A stretch of 64,000 nt of DNA, taken from the sequence record OQ708376.1; one strand, 5' to 3'. Within the stretch, counting starts at the first letter, position 1. Each line of letters opens with the position of its first letter. The stretch is from Escherichia phage vB_EcoM_CRJP21. Made by a program: the position numbers and the translations under genes. The notes under the pieces were generated by a model. The model had not been told where the DNA came from. It ran no database searches and was given only the letters and a program-made list of their open reading frames with translations. Positions 31,658 through 40,608 of the stretch are shown piece by piece.

Positions 31658-31996
31658 ATGGAACAATATTTTGAATTAATAAACAAAGTATCATTTTATG
31701 TAGTATCTTTGGTTTGGGTGTATTATATGTTTTGCTATATTATTGCATTCTTCCGATACACTACTTTATATGAACGTATCTACTATGATGCCCCAATTTC
31801 ATTCTTGATGTTTTGTGCCTGTACGTGGGGAATATTAGAAGTACTGATATGTGGGTATAGTACTGATGAATTAAATCTGGTATCGGTGTTGACTGGGTTT
31901 TCATTTGTTGTTATGATAGCTGCCGTTCCAGTATGGTTGTTCTTTGGACTAGTTCATCGCATTGATATATGGCGTTCTAATATCCCTGAAAAGTAA
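31658..31996 (+). CDS. small 3-TM membrane protein, R.NIPE family
   Basis: C-terminal WRSNIPEK; paralog family. Confidence 0.6.
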   Translation: MEQYFELINKVSFYVVSLVWVYYMFCYIIAFFRYTTLYERIYYDAPISFLMFCACTWGILEVLICGYSTDELNLVSVLTGFSFVVMIAAVPVWLFFGLVHRIDIWRSNIPEK

Positions 31997-31999
31997 GGA

Positions 32000-32347
32000 T
32001 TGGTAATGATTTATTACACTAACATGTTTGCCTATGCTGTTGCTTGCATTTACATTGTTTACTTCTTATTCGGTGGAGTACTGTGCTTCTTTAAGTACAA
32101 AACGTTGTTCAACCGAATGTACCCAAATCATCCAATTGTAGTTGTACTTTTGATTCTTTCAGTTTCTCAAATAATCGTTGAAACTACAATGGGTATCAGT
32201 AGTGTACATTATAGTTTTGGTACTATAGTAATTATTACTATGCTTATTGCATACATTTTAGTACTTGGATATGGTATCTTTGGTAATATTGGTATGAAAA
32301 TGTATCATCGAATTAAAACATTACGTGATAATCTACCGGAGCGTTGA
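32000..32347 (+). CDS. small 3-TM membrane protein, R.NIPE family
   Basis: C-terminal LRDNLPER. Confidence 0.6.
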   Translation: MVMIYYTNMFAYAVACIYIVYFLFGGVLCFFKYKTLFNRMYPNHPIVVVLLILSVSQIIVETTMGISSVHYSFGTIVIITMLIAYILVLGYGIFGNIGMKMYHRIKTLRDNLPER

Positions 32348-32348
32348 T

Positions 32349-32693
32349 ATGTATAATTTGAACCTAATCTCATATATTATAACAACACTGTTTACATTCT
32401 ATGCCTTTGTTGGTATAATCCTACTGTACTTTAAATTTTATAAAGTGTTTAACCGTTTCTATCCTTCAATGGAGAATGAGTTTTTCTTTGTGTTGTACGT
32501 AGGTTACACATTAATGGCTACATGTTTCACTGTAGCCGATGGTGTCATCGGCATTAAAACTGATTCCCCAAATGGTAGTACGCTGGTTGCATTTATTCTT
32601 ACTGGATTCCTTGCAACTTATATTGCCTTCATTACAACATGGTCAGTGGTTGAATTTCTCTTGCGACTACGAAAGAATATGCCGAATCGATAG
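32349..32693 (+). CDS. small 3-TM membrane protein, R.NIPE family
   Basis: trimmed from track ORF 32325; C-terminal RKNMPNR. Confidence 0.6.
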   Translation: MYNLNLISYIITTLFTFYAFVGIILLYFKFYKVFNRFYPSMENEFFFVLYVGYTLMATCFTVADGVIGIKTDSPNGSTLVAFILTGFLATYIAFITTWSVVEFLLRLRKNMPNR

Positions 32694-32702
32694 GAGACAT
32701 AT

Positions 32703-32957
32703 ATGTTTGCGTTGCGTAATAAAAACACTAAAGAATTATTATGTATTGATACCGTATGGGATTGTGCGGGGTCAACTACAGTTCTTGAAGAAGGAACTGG
32801 ATATTGCGTGTTTGTTGTACATGATAGGAATGAACTCGAATTATTACTTGCTGAGTTCAATGCTGGTGGTAATCCTAACAGTACTGAATACCCTGAGATT
32901 ATCAATCCAGCACCACCAGGCTCTTATGAAATTCTACAACTGTGGGAGTTGAAGTAA
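32703..32957 (+). CDS. hypothetical protein (84 aa)
   Basis: ORF. Confidence 0.55.
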   Translation: MFALRNKNTKELLCIDTVWDCAGSTTVLEEGTGYCVFVVHDRNELELLLAEFNAGGNPNSTEYPEIINPAPPGSYEILQLWELK

Positions 32958-33337
32958 TGCGTCAAATGCACAAAGTAACCGAGCTAAACAAGCGTCTGGT
33001 TAAACAATCAATGTTCGAGGATAAAGAGTCTTATTATAACTTTAAACGTGCAGTAGAGGCTGCTATCCACATTCAGAAGCTTAAAGAACGTGGTTGTATT
33101 ATTCTGGAAAATGGTTCGGAAGTTGTAACGGATGACTTTAGTGTAGCGTTTGATGTTTCACCTGACGGGACGCTATCAATGCCCCGCTTAGGAACTGGAA
33201 ACATGACTGTTTGGGTTGGCTTCACTATGGGGAATGTACCTGGTACTGTGTACGTAGATGATGCAGAATTGAAAGACAGTTTCAAAAACTTATCTTATCT
33301 TGAACCACAATACGCACATGAAATGAATTTATTTTGA
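32957..33337 (+). CDS. hypothetical protein
   Basis: TAATG overlap; trimmed from track ORF 32942. Confidence 0.55.
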   Translation: MRQMHKVTELNKRLVKQSMFEDKESYYNFKRAVEAAIHIQKLKERGCIILENGSEVVTDDFSVAFDVSPDGTLSMPRLGTGNMTVWVGFTMGNVPGTVYVDDAELKDSFKNLSYLEPQYAHEMNLF

Positions 33338-33338
33338 G

Positions 33339-33366
33339 TTGACAAACACATTCAGTACTGTATAAT
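33339..33366 (+). promoter_or_regulatory. sigma70-like early promoter
   Basis: ttgaca-N16-tataat with CAGTACTG spacer. Confidence 0.6.
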
Positions 33367-33413
33367 GCTTATCAAGGGGATGAACTTCTCATCCCTACAA
33401 TCGAGGAACTACC

Positions 33414-33968
33414 ATGATTACTTTTAAGAAAACTGCTAACCACATCCATGAAATCTACATTAACGGTCACAAAGCTGGCCTTCTTCGTTTACTCGCCCAT
33501 CACCCTGATGCTACCGTATCTGATAATGAACCTAAAGATTGGCGTGTCTTTTTCTTTGGAAAGTACAGTGATTTTCAAGTATCAAACCTGAAGAACATTC
33601 GTTCAGTATGCACGTTAAATGAAATTAAAGAAAAGTTAGCACAAGCATTGAAAACTAATCCAGATGGTGTTCTTCCACCTGATAACTTTGTAGAGAAAGG
33701 TTATGCCTTAGCTCATTTCAAAGATGGTACTATTCAATCTATCAGTACTGAATATGAATATCATTGGACTGAGTACTTCACTTATGGTTCGAGTAATACA
33801 TTGATGGATTCACGTAGTAAATTGGAAGAAGTACTGACTCGTATGAATGAACGCGAGCGTCAGTTATATGACAAACCAGAAATGTGGAGTTCAACTTACA
33901 TTGACCGTATTGACTATGTTATTATGACTCCAATCTTTGACACTGCTTACTATGATTCTTTGAAATAA
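33414..33968 (+). CDS. hypothetical protein (184 aa)
   Basis: ORF after promoter. Confidence 0.65.
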   Translation: MITFKKTANHIHEIYINGHKAGLLRLLAHHPDATVSDNEPKDWRVFFFGKYSDFQVSNLKNIRSVCTLNEIKEKLAQALKTNPDGVLPPDNFVEKGYALAHFKDGTIQSISTEYEYHWTEYFTYGSSNTLMDSRSKLEEVLTRMNERERQLYDKPEMWSSTYIDRIDYVIMTPIFDTAYYDSLK

Positions 33969-33979
33969 GGATAACTTAT

Positions 33980-34156
33980 ATGAAACTACGTACTCGTAAT
34001 CGACTGATGGATGCACTGTACCATGAACAGCTTTCACTGAATGAAGTGAAGCGTCAGTTAATGTACACATATCAGTTTCCCGCTCGCATTGCAAAACAAC
34101 GTGCTAAAGAATTGCTGAAAGAAGCAATCGAGTACTGGGAATCTGATTCGTACTAA
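33980..34156 (+). CDS. hypothetical small protein (58 aa)
   Basis: hand-translated, below track cutoff. Confidence 0.35.
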   Translation: MKLRTRNRLMDALYHEQLSLNEVKRQLMYTYQFPARIAKQRAKELLKEAIEYWESDSY

Positions 34157-34195
34157 TATTACGTGATATGTCACGTTAATTAAGTGAGGCGATAA

Positions 34196-34447
34196 ATGAA
34201 AATATTATTAGTTCTAATACTACTAATAGTTTTACCATTTACTTTAGTATCCCCTGGACTTGCATGGAATGTATTTGTGTACTTAGTATGTACTATTGTA
34301 GTAAATGGTATCTTGTTCTTAGTTCTATTCATAAATGGAATAGGACACGGTGGAGGATGGACCAGTACTGCTGATATTGTACATAAAACCACTATGTCTT
34401 TATTTGTAATGTGGAATTTATTCTGGACTTGGTTTGTGTTCTTCTAA
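34196..34447 (+). CDS. small membrane protein
   Basis: hydrophobic helices. Confidence 0.5.
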   Translation: MKILLVLILLIVLPFTLVSPGLAWNVFVYLVCTIVVNGILFLVLFINGIGHGGGWTSTADIVHKTTMSLFVMWNLFWTWFVFF

Positions 34448-34455
34448 TTAAAAAT

Positions 34456-34827
34456 ATGAATATAGATTTGAAAGGTGCAACACGAACTGTTATCCTCGTT
34501 GGGGAATATGCTATCAAGATTCCAACCTTTAAAAGTTGGAAGCTATTCTTAACAGGGATGATAGCTAACCTCAATGAACGTTCGTGGATGCAGTACTCCA
34601 ATCGTAGTGATAGTAGTATCTGTCCTACGTTGTGGTCATCATGTACTGGACTAGTAACTGTACAGAAACGTTGTAAGCCAGTTCAACATAGGGGTTTATT
34701 TTGGGTGGAGTTGTGTGCTTTAGCATTGAATTCAGAGTTAAGTACTGACTTCTTCTATTCAGATGCGAAGCCAGAAAACTTTGGGTATCTGGGTGGTAAG
34801 TTAGTTAAACTTGATTATGGAGATTAA
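34456..34827 (+). CDS. mini kinase-like protein (N-lobe/catalytic-loop-like, ends at DYG)
   Basis: YAIKIP; DAKPENFGY (compare HRDLKPEN); KLVKLDYGD (compare DFG). Confidence 0.4.
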   Translation: MNIDLKGATRTVILVGEYAIKIPTFKSWKLFLTGMIANLNERSWMQYSNRSDSSICPTLWSSCTGLVTVQKRCKPVQHRGLFWVELCALALNSELSTDFFYSDAKPENFGYLGGKLVKLDYGD

Positions 34828-34828
34828 T

Positions 34829-35098
34829 ATGTACGCACTGTATAATAAAGAAAAGAAACGATTTGCTAAGGTTGAAATTTCGATTGATACATTTGATATG
34901 TTGGAGTACTGTATTGTAACTGACCTATATGCTAACTTGTATTACGTTCTTGATGACGTATCAGTACTGCAACGATTGCTTGAGAATTCCAAAAGTCAAT
35001 GCCAGGGCATCCATGATGGTTCATCTTATGAAACACCTGAGTGTTCCTACGGCTATCTGGACGGGTATGAGATTGTGAAGTTGGGGATCATTGAATAA
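34829..35098 (+). CDS. hypothetical protein
   Basis: trimmed from track ORF 34811; could be the downstream half of a split gene with 34456..34827. Confidence 0.4.
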   Translation: MYALYNKEKKRFAKVEISIDTFDMLEYCIVTDLYANLYYVLDDVSVLQRLLENSKSQCQGIHDGSSYETPECSYGYLDGYEIVKLGIIE

Positions 35099-35103
35099 AG
35101 AAA

Positions 35104-35138
35104 AGGGTTGACTTCGGTCAGCCCTTTTTGCTATAATT
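35104..35138 (+). promoter_or_regulatory. PeSL-like cassette upstream of denV
   Basis: gggttgac-ttcg-gtcagccc then T5 then tataat. Confidence 0.65.
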
Positions 35139-35165
35139 ATTTCATCAAGACGAGAGGATGAATAC

Positions 35166-35681
35166 ATGACACGCATTAACTTAGTACACGTTAAAGAACT
35201 TGCTGACCAACATCTGATGGCTGAATATCGTGAACTCCCACGTGTATTTGGTGCTGTACAAAAACACGTTCAAGCACGTAAGCGTGTACGTGATTTCAAA
35301 ATTAACAGTACTTATCTGTTAGGTTCAGGTCATGTGACATTCTTTTACGACAAGTTGCTGTACTTACAGAAGCGTCATATCGATATTGTTAACGAATGTT
35401 TGCGTCGTGGTATGAAGATTCAAAACACTGAAGTAAACGACATTAGCGGATTCCCTGCTGAGTTTTGTAATGACTACGTACCATCGGAGTCAGAGATTAA
35501 AATGTCTCGTGACCGTTTGATTGAGAAGCTCCAGATGAAGCCTACGTGGTATAAGTTTACTGATGTTGAATGTCCACAGTACGTTAAAGATATGCAGAAC
35601 GTAAGTAGTAAGAACGAATCTAGTACTGATATGTTCGACGAAATTGAAGAACAAATCAAAGATGAAATGAATAATTATTAA
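35166..35681 (+). CDS. denV: endonuclease V (pyrimidine dimer DNA glycosylase/AP lyase), T4 DenV homolog with C-terminal acidic extension
   Basis: [30 protein letters not shown]...KRVRDFKI......[10 protein letters not shown]...KR.I......L.RG...PTWYK matches remembered T4 EndoV nearly residue for residue. Confidence 0.93.
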   Translation: MTRINLVHVKELADQHLMAEYRELPRVFGAVQKHVQARKRVRDFKINSTYLLGSGHVTFFYDKLLYLQKRHIDIVNECLRRGMKIQNTEVNDISGFPAEFCNDYVPSESEIKMSRDRLIEKLQMKPTWYKFTDVECPQYVKDMQNVSSKNESSTDMFDEIEEQIKDEMNNY

Positions 35682-35696
35682 AGGAAAGGGTTGACT

Positions 35697-35716
35697 TCGG
35701 TTACACAAAGGAACAT
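35697..35716 (+). promoter_or_regulatory. degenerate PeSL remnant
   Basis: gggttgacttcggttacac: 5' arm intact, 3' arm decayed. Confidence 0.4.
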
Positions 35717-35719
35717 AAC

Positions 35720-35914
35720 ATGTTATTAGTATATTCAAAGCGTTTCTGGATTTCTTTTATTGTACTATCGCTAATCGGCTTCGGTTTGAGTATACTCTTT
35801 TCGTGGGATGAATTGGGCACATGGTATTATGAAGTCCCGTGGTACATGAAGATAGCTCCTTGTTATGCGGCATTGTTCGTGTCATTCCTTATTGTTGTCT
35901 TCAGCGAGGATTAG
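35720..35914 (+). CDS. small membrane protein
   Basis: two TM helices. Confidence 0.5.
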   Translation: MLLVYSKRFWISFIVLSLIGFGLSILFSWDELGTWYYEVPWYMKIAPCYAALFVSFLIVVFSED

Positions 35915-36020
35915 TTGATGTAGTATGTGCTACACCAAAGTATTTGGATATTTTAGATATAAACATTGACACCTGTTCTATCTTTCTGTATTATGTACAT
36001 CACCAAATGAGGAATACAAC

Positions 36021-36380
36021 ATGGCATCTTTAAGTGAAATCGCAGAATACAACCCACTAACAATCTCAACAATTCAACGTACAAAAACTTTTTATTTCCG
36101 TCCTTCTGATGGATGGAAACGTGGAATGAATGGTGACTATCGAGTACTGGAAGATTCACTAATCGAGCGTATCAACTCTGAACTACAGAAGTATGAAGGT
36201 GTTAAAGTTGTGCGTTCAACTTCTCGTTATTTTGAGTACTACATTGAGTCTTCAACTGTAAATGAAAACTCATCATTCTCGGTGGACAACACTGATATTC
36301 TTCGTAATGCAGTTGGTCTGTTATGCAACATTGCAGAAGAAATGGGCTTAACTATTACTACTATGAGTGAATTAGAATAA
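36021..36380 (+). CDS. hypothetical protein (119 aa)
   Basis: SD gaggaa. Confidence 0.6.
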   Translation: MASLSEIAEYNPLTISTIQRTKTFYFRPSDGWKRGMNGDYRVLEDSLIERINSELQKYEGVKVVRSTSRYFEYYIESSTVNENSSFSVDNTDILRNAVGLLCNIAEEMGLTITTMSELE

Positions 36381-36384
36381 CATA

Positions 36385-36420
36385 AAGGGTTGACTTCGGT
36401 CAGCCCTTTTTGCTATAATA
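36385..36420 (+). promoter_or_regulatory. PeSL-like cassette
   Basis: gggttgac-ttcg-gtcagccc then T5 then tataat. Confidence 0.65.
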
Positions 36421-36445
36421 CTTTCATCAACAGAAGAGGTAACAC

Positions 36446-36676
36446 ATGAAACTATCTTTTATACGATTGGCTGAATTCTTTGGTACTGATGTAATTACTC
36501 TACAACAAATAGCAGATAATACATCATTAACTACGCAAGAAGTACTTGACTTAGATGTAATTCAGTGCAATAATACTTCAATCGATTACAAAGAAGGTCT
36601 TGTCGAAAAAGATAAGATTCAGGCTAAGATTAATGGTGCTGGACGGGTTCAGTACTGGAAAGCTATATTAAGTTGA
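36446..36676 (+). CDS. hypothetical protein (76 aa)
   Basis: SD agaggt. Confidence 0.55.
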   Translation: MKLSFIRLAEFFGTDVITLQQIADNTSLTTQEVLDLDVIQCNNTSIDYKEGLVEKDKIQAKINGAGRVQYWKAILS

Positions 36677-36685
36677 ATTGGAGAT

Positions 36686-38335
36686 TTGTATATGATTGGA
36701 AGTTTTTGTTTTATTGACAAAAAAAAACGTTCAAAACCTTATATTATTGCTGAAAAGGTAAGAAATATATTTTCTAATATAAAAGAAATAAATTGTGACT
36801 TTATTGGTTTTGATATTAACTCAATACTTGAATGGGAAGGGGAAAAAACATATATTTTATATGAAATAAATGGTATAACAAAAAAGATTAGATATGATAT
36901 TCTAAGACAACATTCTAATAATGGTTCTTTTCCGAATAAAAAACATTTTAATTCTGAAGAATTAAAAAAATGTAGTAAAGAAAAAAAAATATTTGATTAT
37001 GATAAGTCAATGAGATTGTCATCTTATTATTCAACACCAAATATAATAACGGTTGGTGATAAAGATATATCATATTTTACTGCTCTTCAGTTAGAAGCTA
37101 TATCTCCATATATGCATTTTAACTCTATCACACCCACTGAATATTCGAAAAAAATATTGAATAAGATAAAAGAGTTTAAAAATGTTGAAGTTATTTTTTA
37201 TGGATTTTATGTATCATACTATTCAGAATGGAATAACAAAAAAACAAAAATAGTAATATCTTTTAATGAATATGTTACCTATCATATGACAATTGATGAT
37301 TTTTTATATAGTTTAGATAGTAATATAACAGATATTCCTCGTTTTAATTATAATAATGAAAATTTTATTTATCGTATGATGTTTTTTGGATATGCTAATA
37401 ATCATACTTTTGATTTATCAAATTTAAACATTAAAAATTCCAAATCAATAATTAGAAAAAAATGTAAAGTATGTAAAAGTACTGATGTAGTGAGTATTGC
37501 ACAACATATTAGGAATCCTAGTTGCTCTGTATGTTTTTATAATACTGAAAAATTTAATTATAATGAATATGAAGCATGTGAAGAAGTTGTTAATGAGTAT
37601 AAGGGATTTCATTATATGAATCATGATAATATAAAATTCATTCCAATTGGATGTTCTTACACACCATTTGAATGGTATGAAATAATAAAATATAAGGGTG
37701 GTGATTCTTTTATTGGTTTTTATATTAACAGTTCTTCAGAGTTTGACGGTAATAAGACGAAAATTTTATTAGATATTAATGGGGTAATATTAACTCCAAC
37801 AATTCTCAATTTTCTTGAGAGATACGAAAATATGTATAAAGACCTAATAAATCCAACAATATCTTTGGAAATTATGTCTAATAATAAATACAAACCCTCG
37901 GTTGCACGTCACAAAAGAATCTTTAGTCAACCTATTTTAACATTAGGAGGGATTATTTCATCAAATGATTTATCATCATATGAAATGATAGTCGCATTGT
38001 TCCTAATCAAAAATAATATTGATTTTCATTTTCAATTCAGAACTGAAGAATCAATAGAATTTATGGGAAATAGAAGATATGATTTTTATGTACCAGATTA
38101 TAATCTAATCATTGAAGTTGATGGTGCACAGCATACAAACTATTGCCCAATATTTCATAGAAGTGAAGAGTGCTTACAAAAACAAATGGAAATTGATGAA
38201 ATAAAACTTGAATTTGCAAAAGAATCAGGATATAATTTTGCTCGCATTAACTATGATGAATCTATTGTTGATGAACTTATTAATGTGATTAAAAAAATAT
38301 CATCTGAAAATAATCAGATTATTAGAACTTATTAA
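36686..38335 (+). CDS. AT-rich multi-domain protein with C-terminal DUF559/Vsr-like PD-(D/E)xK endonuclease domain
   Basis: C-terminus ...RRYDFYVPDYNLIIEVDGAQH...EIDEIKLEFAKESGYNFARINYDE; Cys pairs KCKVCKS...CSVCF; markedly lower GC than neighbours. Confidence 0.55.
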   Translation: MYMIGSFCFIDKKKRSKPYIIAEKVRNIFSNIKEINCDFIGFDINSILEWEGEKTYILYEINGITKKIRYDILRQHSNNGSFPNKKHFNSEELKKCSKEKKIFDYDKSMRLSSYYSTPNIITVGDKDISYFTALQLEAISPYMHFNSITPTEYSKKILNKIKEFKNVEVIFYGFYVSYYSEWNNKKTKIVISFNEYVTYHMTIDDFLYSLDSNITDIPRFNYNNENFIYRMMFFGYANNHTFDLSNLNIKNSKSIIRKKCKVCKSTDVVSIAQHIRNPSCSVCFYNTEKFNYNEYEACEEVVNEYKGFHYMNHDNIKFIPIGCSYTPFEWYEIIKYKGGDSFIGFYINSSSEFDGNKTKILLDINGVILTPTILNFLERYENMYKDLINPTISLEIMSNNKYKPSVARHKRIFSQPILTLGGIISSNDLSSYEMIVALFLIKNNIDFHFQFRTEESIEFMGNRRYDFYVPDYNLIIEVDGAQHTNYCPIFHRSEECLQKQMEIDEIKLEFAKESGYNFARINYDESIVDELINVIKKISSENNQIIRTY

Positions 38336-38342
38336 TAATAAA

Positions 38343-38378
38343 AAGGGTTGACTTCGGTCGGCCCTTTTTGCTATAATT
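38343..38378 (+). promoter_or_regulatory. PeSL-like cassette
   Basis: gggttgac-ttcg-gtcggccc then T5 then tataat. Confidence 0.6.
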
Positions 38379-38405
38379 ATTTCATCAACTACAGAGGGTA
38401 ACGAA

Positions 38406-39179
38406 ATGAACCGTACAGAGAAAGCAATCCAAATCGAAAAGAACTTCAACTCCATGATGGCAGCACTGGAATGTCTTCTTGATACACAAACTAACTCTAT
38501 CAACTCTCTGATCGTTTCTGGTAAGGGTGGTGTTGGTAAAACTTATAACGTTGACCAACGGTTGCAGAAAGCTGATGATAACTTTGAAATCGACTACAAG
38601 AAAATCAGTGGTAAAGTAACTACTTTGGGTCTGTATGAAGCACTGTATCGTTCACGTCATGCAGCATCTGTACTGTTACTTGATGACGTTGATATCTTCT
38701 CGGACGAGACTAATATTGATTTGCTTAAAGCTGTGTTGGATACGTCAGAGAAGCGTGTAGTTTCTTACGCGACTTCTGCTAAGTACTTGGAACAGCAGGG
38801 TATCCCTAAGCAGTTTGAATTCCGTGGTAAAGTAATCTTTCTGACTAACAAAAACCTGTCACAGATTGCTAAAGGTAAAAGCAGCTTAGCACCACACATC
38901 GATGCACTGATCACTCGTAGTATCTTTGTTGACCTGCAACTGTTCACCAACGAAGAAGTGATGATTCACATTGAGAACATCATGAACAAAACTAACATCC
39001 TTGAAAACAATGGTGTTAACAAAAATGGTTGTAAAGCAATCCTGAATTGGATGCTGAGCAATGAAGATCGTCTACGTAGTCCTTCACTGCGTATGCCAGT
39101 ACTGATCGCTGGTCTGTATAATAAATTCCCATACGATTGGGAGTCAATGGCAGAGAATATGTTCCTTGATAAAATTTAA
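38406..39179 (+). CDS. P-loop NTPase (Walker A/B)
   Basis: Walker A GKGGVGKT; Walker B VLLLDDVD. Confidence 0.65.
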   Translation: MNRTEKAIQIEKNFNSMMAALECLLDTQTNSINSLIVSGKGGVGKTYNVDQRLQKADDNFEIDYKKISGKVTTLGLYEALYRSRHAASVLLLDDVDIFSDETNIDLLKAVLDTSEKRVVSYATSAKYLEQQGIPKQFEFRGKVIFLTNKNLSQIAKGKSSLAPHIDALITRSIFVDLQLFTNEEVMIHIENIMNKTNILENNGVNKNGCKAILNWMLSNEDRLRSPSLRMPVLIAGLYNKFPYDWESMAENMFLDKI

Positions 39180-39246
39180 TTACATGCATTGACAGTACTA
39201 ACAATGTGTAGTACTATAACAAAAGTTTAATCACTGGAGACACCCA

Positions 39247-39588
39247 ATGCGTGAGTTTTTTGAATCTAATATAATGCTTGGTATTACACTGATATACATG
39301 TTTGTATTCTTGTTTTATCATTCAATTGTAATTAGTCTTTGGTATTTTAAAAGGAAAGTTGTTTTTAAATTGTATTCGTATGATAATGTATTCTTAGTTG
39401 TATATAGCATTATACAAGGTGGGTTTATTTTATTTGGTGTGATGACATATGTGATTTACATGTTACAAATTGATAATACACCACACATTACACAATATGT
39501 TGTGTTTTCAGGACTAATCGTCTGGTTATTGGTGTGTACTATGTATTTTATTATTAAAGCTCGTGATAACTTTAAATGGGGATTCTAA
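39247..39588 (+). CDS. small 3-TM membrane protein, R.NIPE family
   Basis: paralog family. Confidence 0.6.
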   Translation: MREFFESNIMLGITLIYMFVFLFYHSIVISLWYFKRKVVFKLYSYDNVFLVVYSIIQGGFILFGVMTYVIYMLQIDNTPHITQYVVFSGLIVWLLVCTMYFIIKARDNFKWGF

Positions 39589-39926
39589 TGTTAGAATTTT
39601 TTAAATCAGATACAATGATTAGTATTACTTTGATTTATCTGTTTGGTTTTTTCTTTTATCATGCACTAGTTGTAGTACTATGGTATTTTAAAAAGAAAAT
39701 TGTTTTTAAACTGTATCCAGTGAGGAATTCATCACTAGTTCTTTACACACTTGTTCAAGGTTTGTTTGCAATTGTTGGTCTTATGGCACACTTAATTTAT
39801 TGTGCTAATCCTCACTTGAACTCAATCTCACAATATATTGTATTCTTTGGGTTGTTCATTTGGTTAGTTGCATACTTAATCCATCTCATTATTCATGGTA
39901 GAGATAAAATTCGCGGAGACTTCTAA
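39588..39926 (+). CDS. small 3-TM membrane protein, R.NIPE family
   Basis: TAATG overlap; trimmed from track ORF 39576. Confidence 0.6.
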   Translation: MLEFFKSDTMISITLIYLFGFFFYHALVVVLWYFKKKIVFKLYPVRNSSLVLYTLVQGLFAIVGLMAHLIYCANPHLNSISQYIVFFGLFIWLVAYLIHLIIHGRDKIRGDF

Positions 39927-40273
39927 TGTTTGAAGCTTATCTTGAGTTTTTAAGGAGTAGTCCAGTTGCACATTCACTTGCAGGGATTATTCTAACAACT
40001 TATGTATCATTTTGGTTAGTTATGTTTCTAGGATGGTATTTTAAACGACAATTCTATAAACGTAATGGTGAAGATTTTATGAATTCTGCCATTAATCAAT
40101 CGTTGTTTGCATCAACATTGATTGCATGTATTGTAGCAACACTCACAGGAAAGGTACTACCAGCTTTTTCCGCAGTTTACGGCACACTTGGGATGATATG
40201 TTTAACTTTTATATTGACCATTAAAATTTGTTGTGTTATGATTGAACTTCGAAATAAGATACCGGAGGAATGA
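39926..40273 (+). CDS. small 3-TM membrane protein, R.NIPE family
   Basis: C-terminal RNKIPEE. Confidence 0.6.
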   Translation: MFEAYLEFLRSSPVAHSLAGIILTTYVSFWLVMFLGWYFKRQFYKRNGEDFMNSAINQSLFASTLIACIVATLTGKVLPAFSAVYGTLGMICLTFILTIKICCVMIELRNKIPEE

Positions 40274-40608
40274 TGGAGTACTTTATTGATTTACTGCCGT
40301 GGTATATGAAAGTTAGTACTTTGTACTATATTATTAGTGCTGGGTTCTACTTTCTGATGTGGTTCTTCAAACGACCAATTTCAGTATTCATCTCTGATAA
40401 CATGCTGCAATTAAAATTACACGCATGGTTTGGTATGGCGATGATTATGCCAATTATTCACTACTCAATGATTAGTAGAGGTTTCCGTTCTAATGGTGAA
40501 CCAATTGTATTAGTATTCTATTGGGGTTCAACTATTGCATATGTAAGTTTGTTGTTGTTCCCAGTCGTTCATAAGTTACGTGCTAAAGTTCCTGATGCGA
40601 GGTACTAA
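40270..40608 (+). CDS. small 3-TM membrane protein, R.NIPE family
   Basis: C-terminal AKVPDARY. Confidence 0.6.
   Translation: MMEYFIDLLPWYMKVSTLYYIISAGFYFLMWFFKRPISVFISDNMLQLKLHAWFGMAMIMPIIHYSMISRGFRSNGEPIVLVFYWGSTIAYVSLLLFPVVHKLRAKVPDARY

Noticed and set aside
32539-32952. Track ORF 32539..32952 (137 aa)
   Set aside because: It overlaps two better-supported genes (32349..32693 and 32703..32957) in another frame.
24522-38378. Repeated ~35-bp GGGTTGACTTCGGTCAGCCC elements considered as a possible CRISPR array
   Set aside because: Spacing is irregular and gene-sized (0.1-2 kb), each copy sits between ORFs, and each carries a terminator plus promoter architecture. They are regulatory cassettes, not CRISPR repeats.
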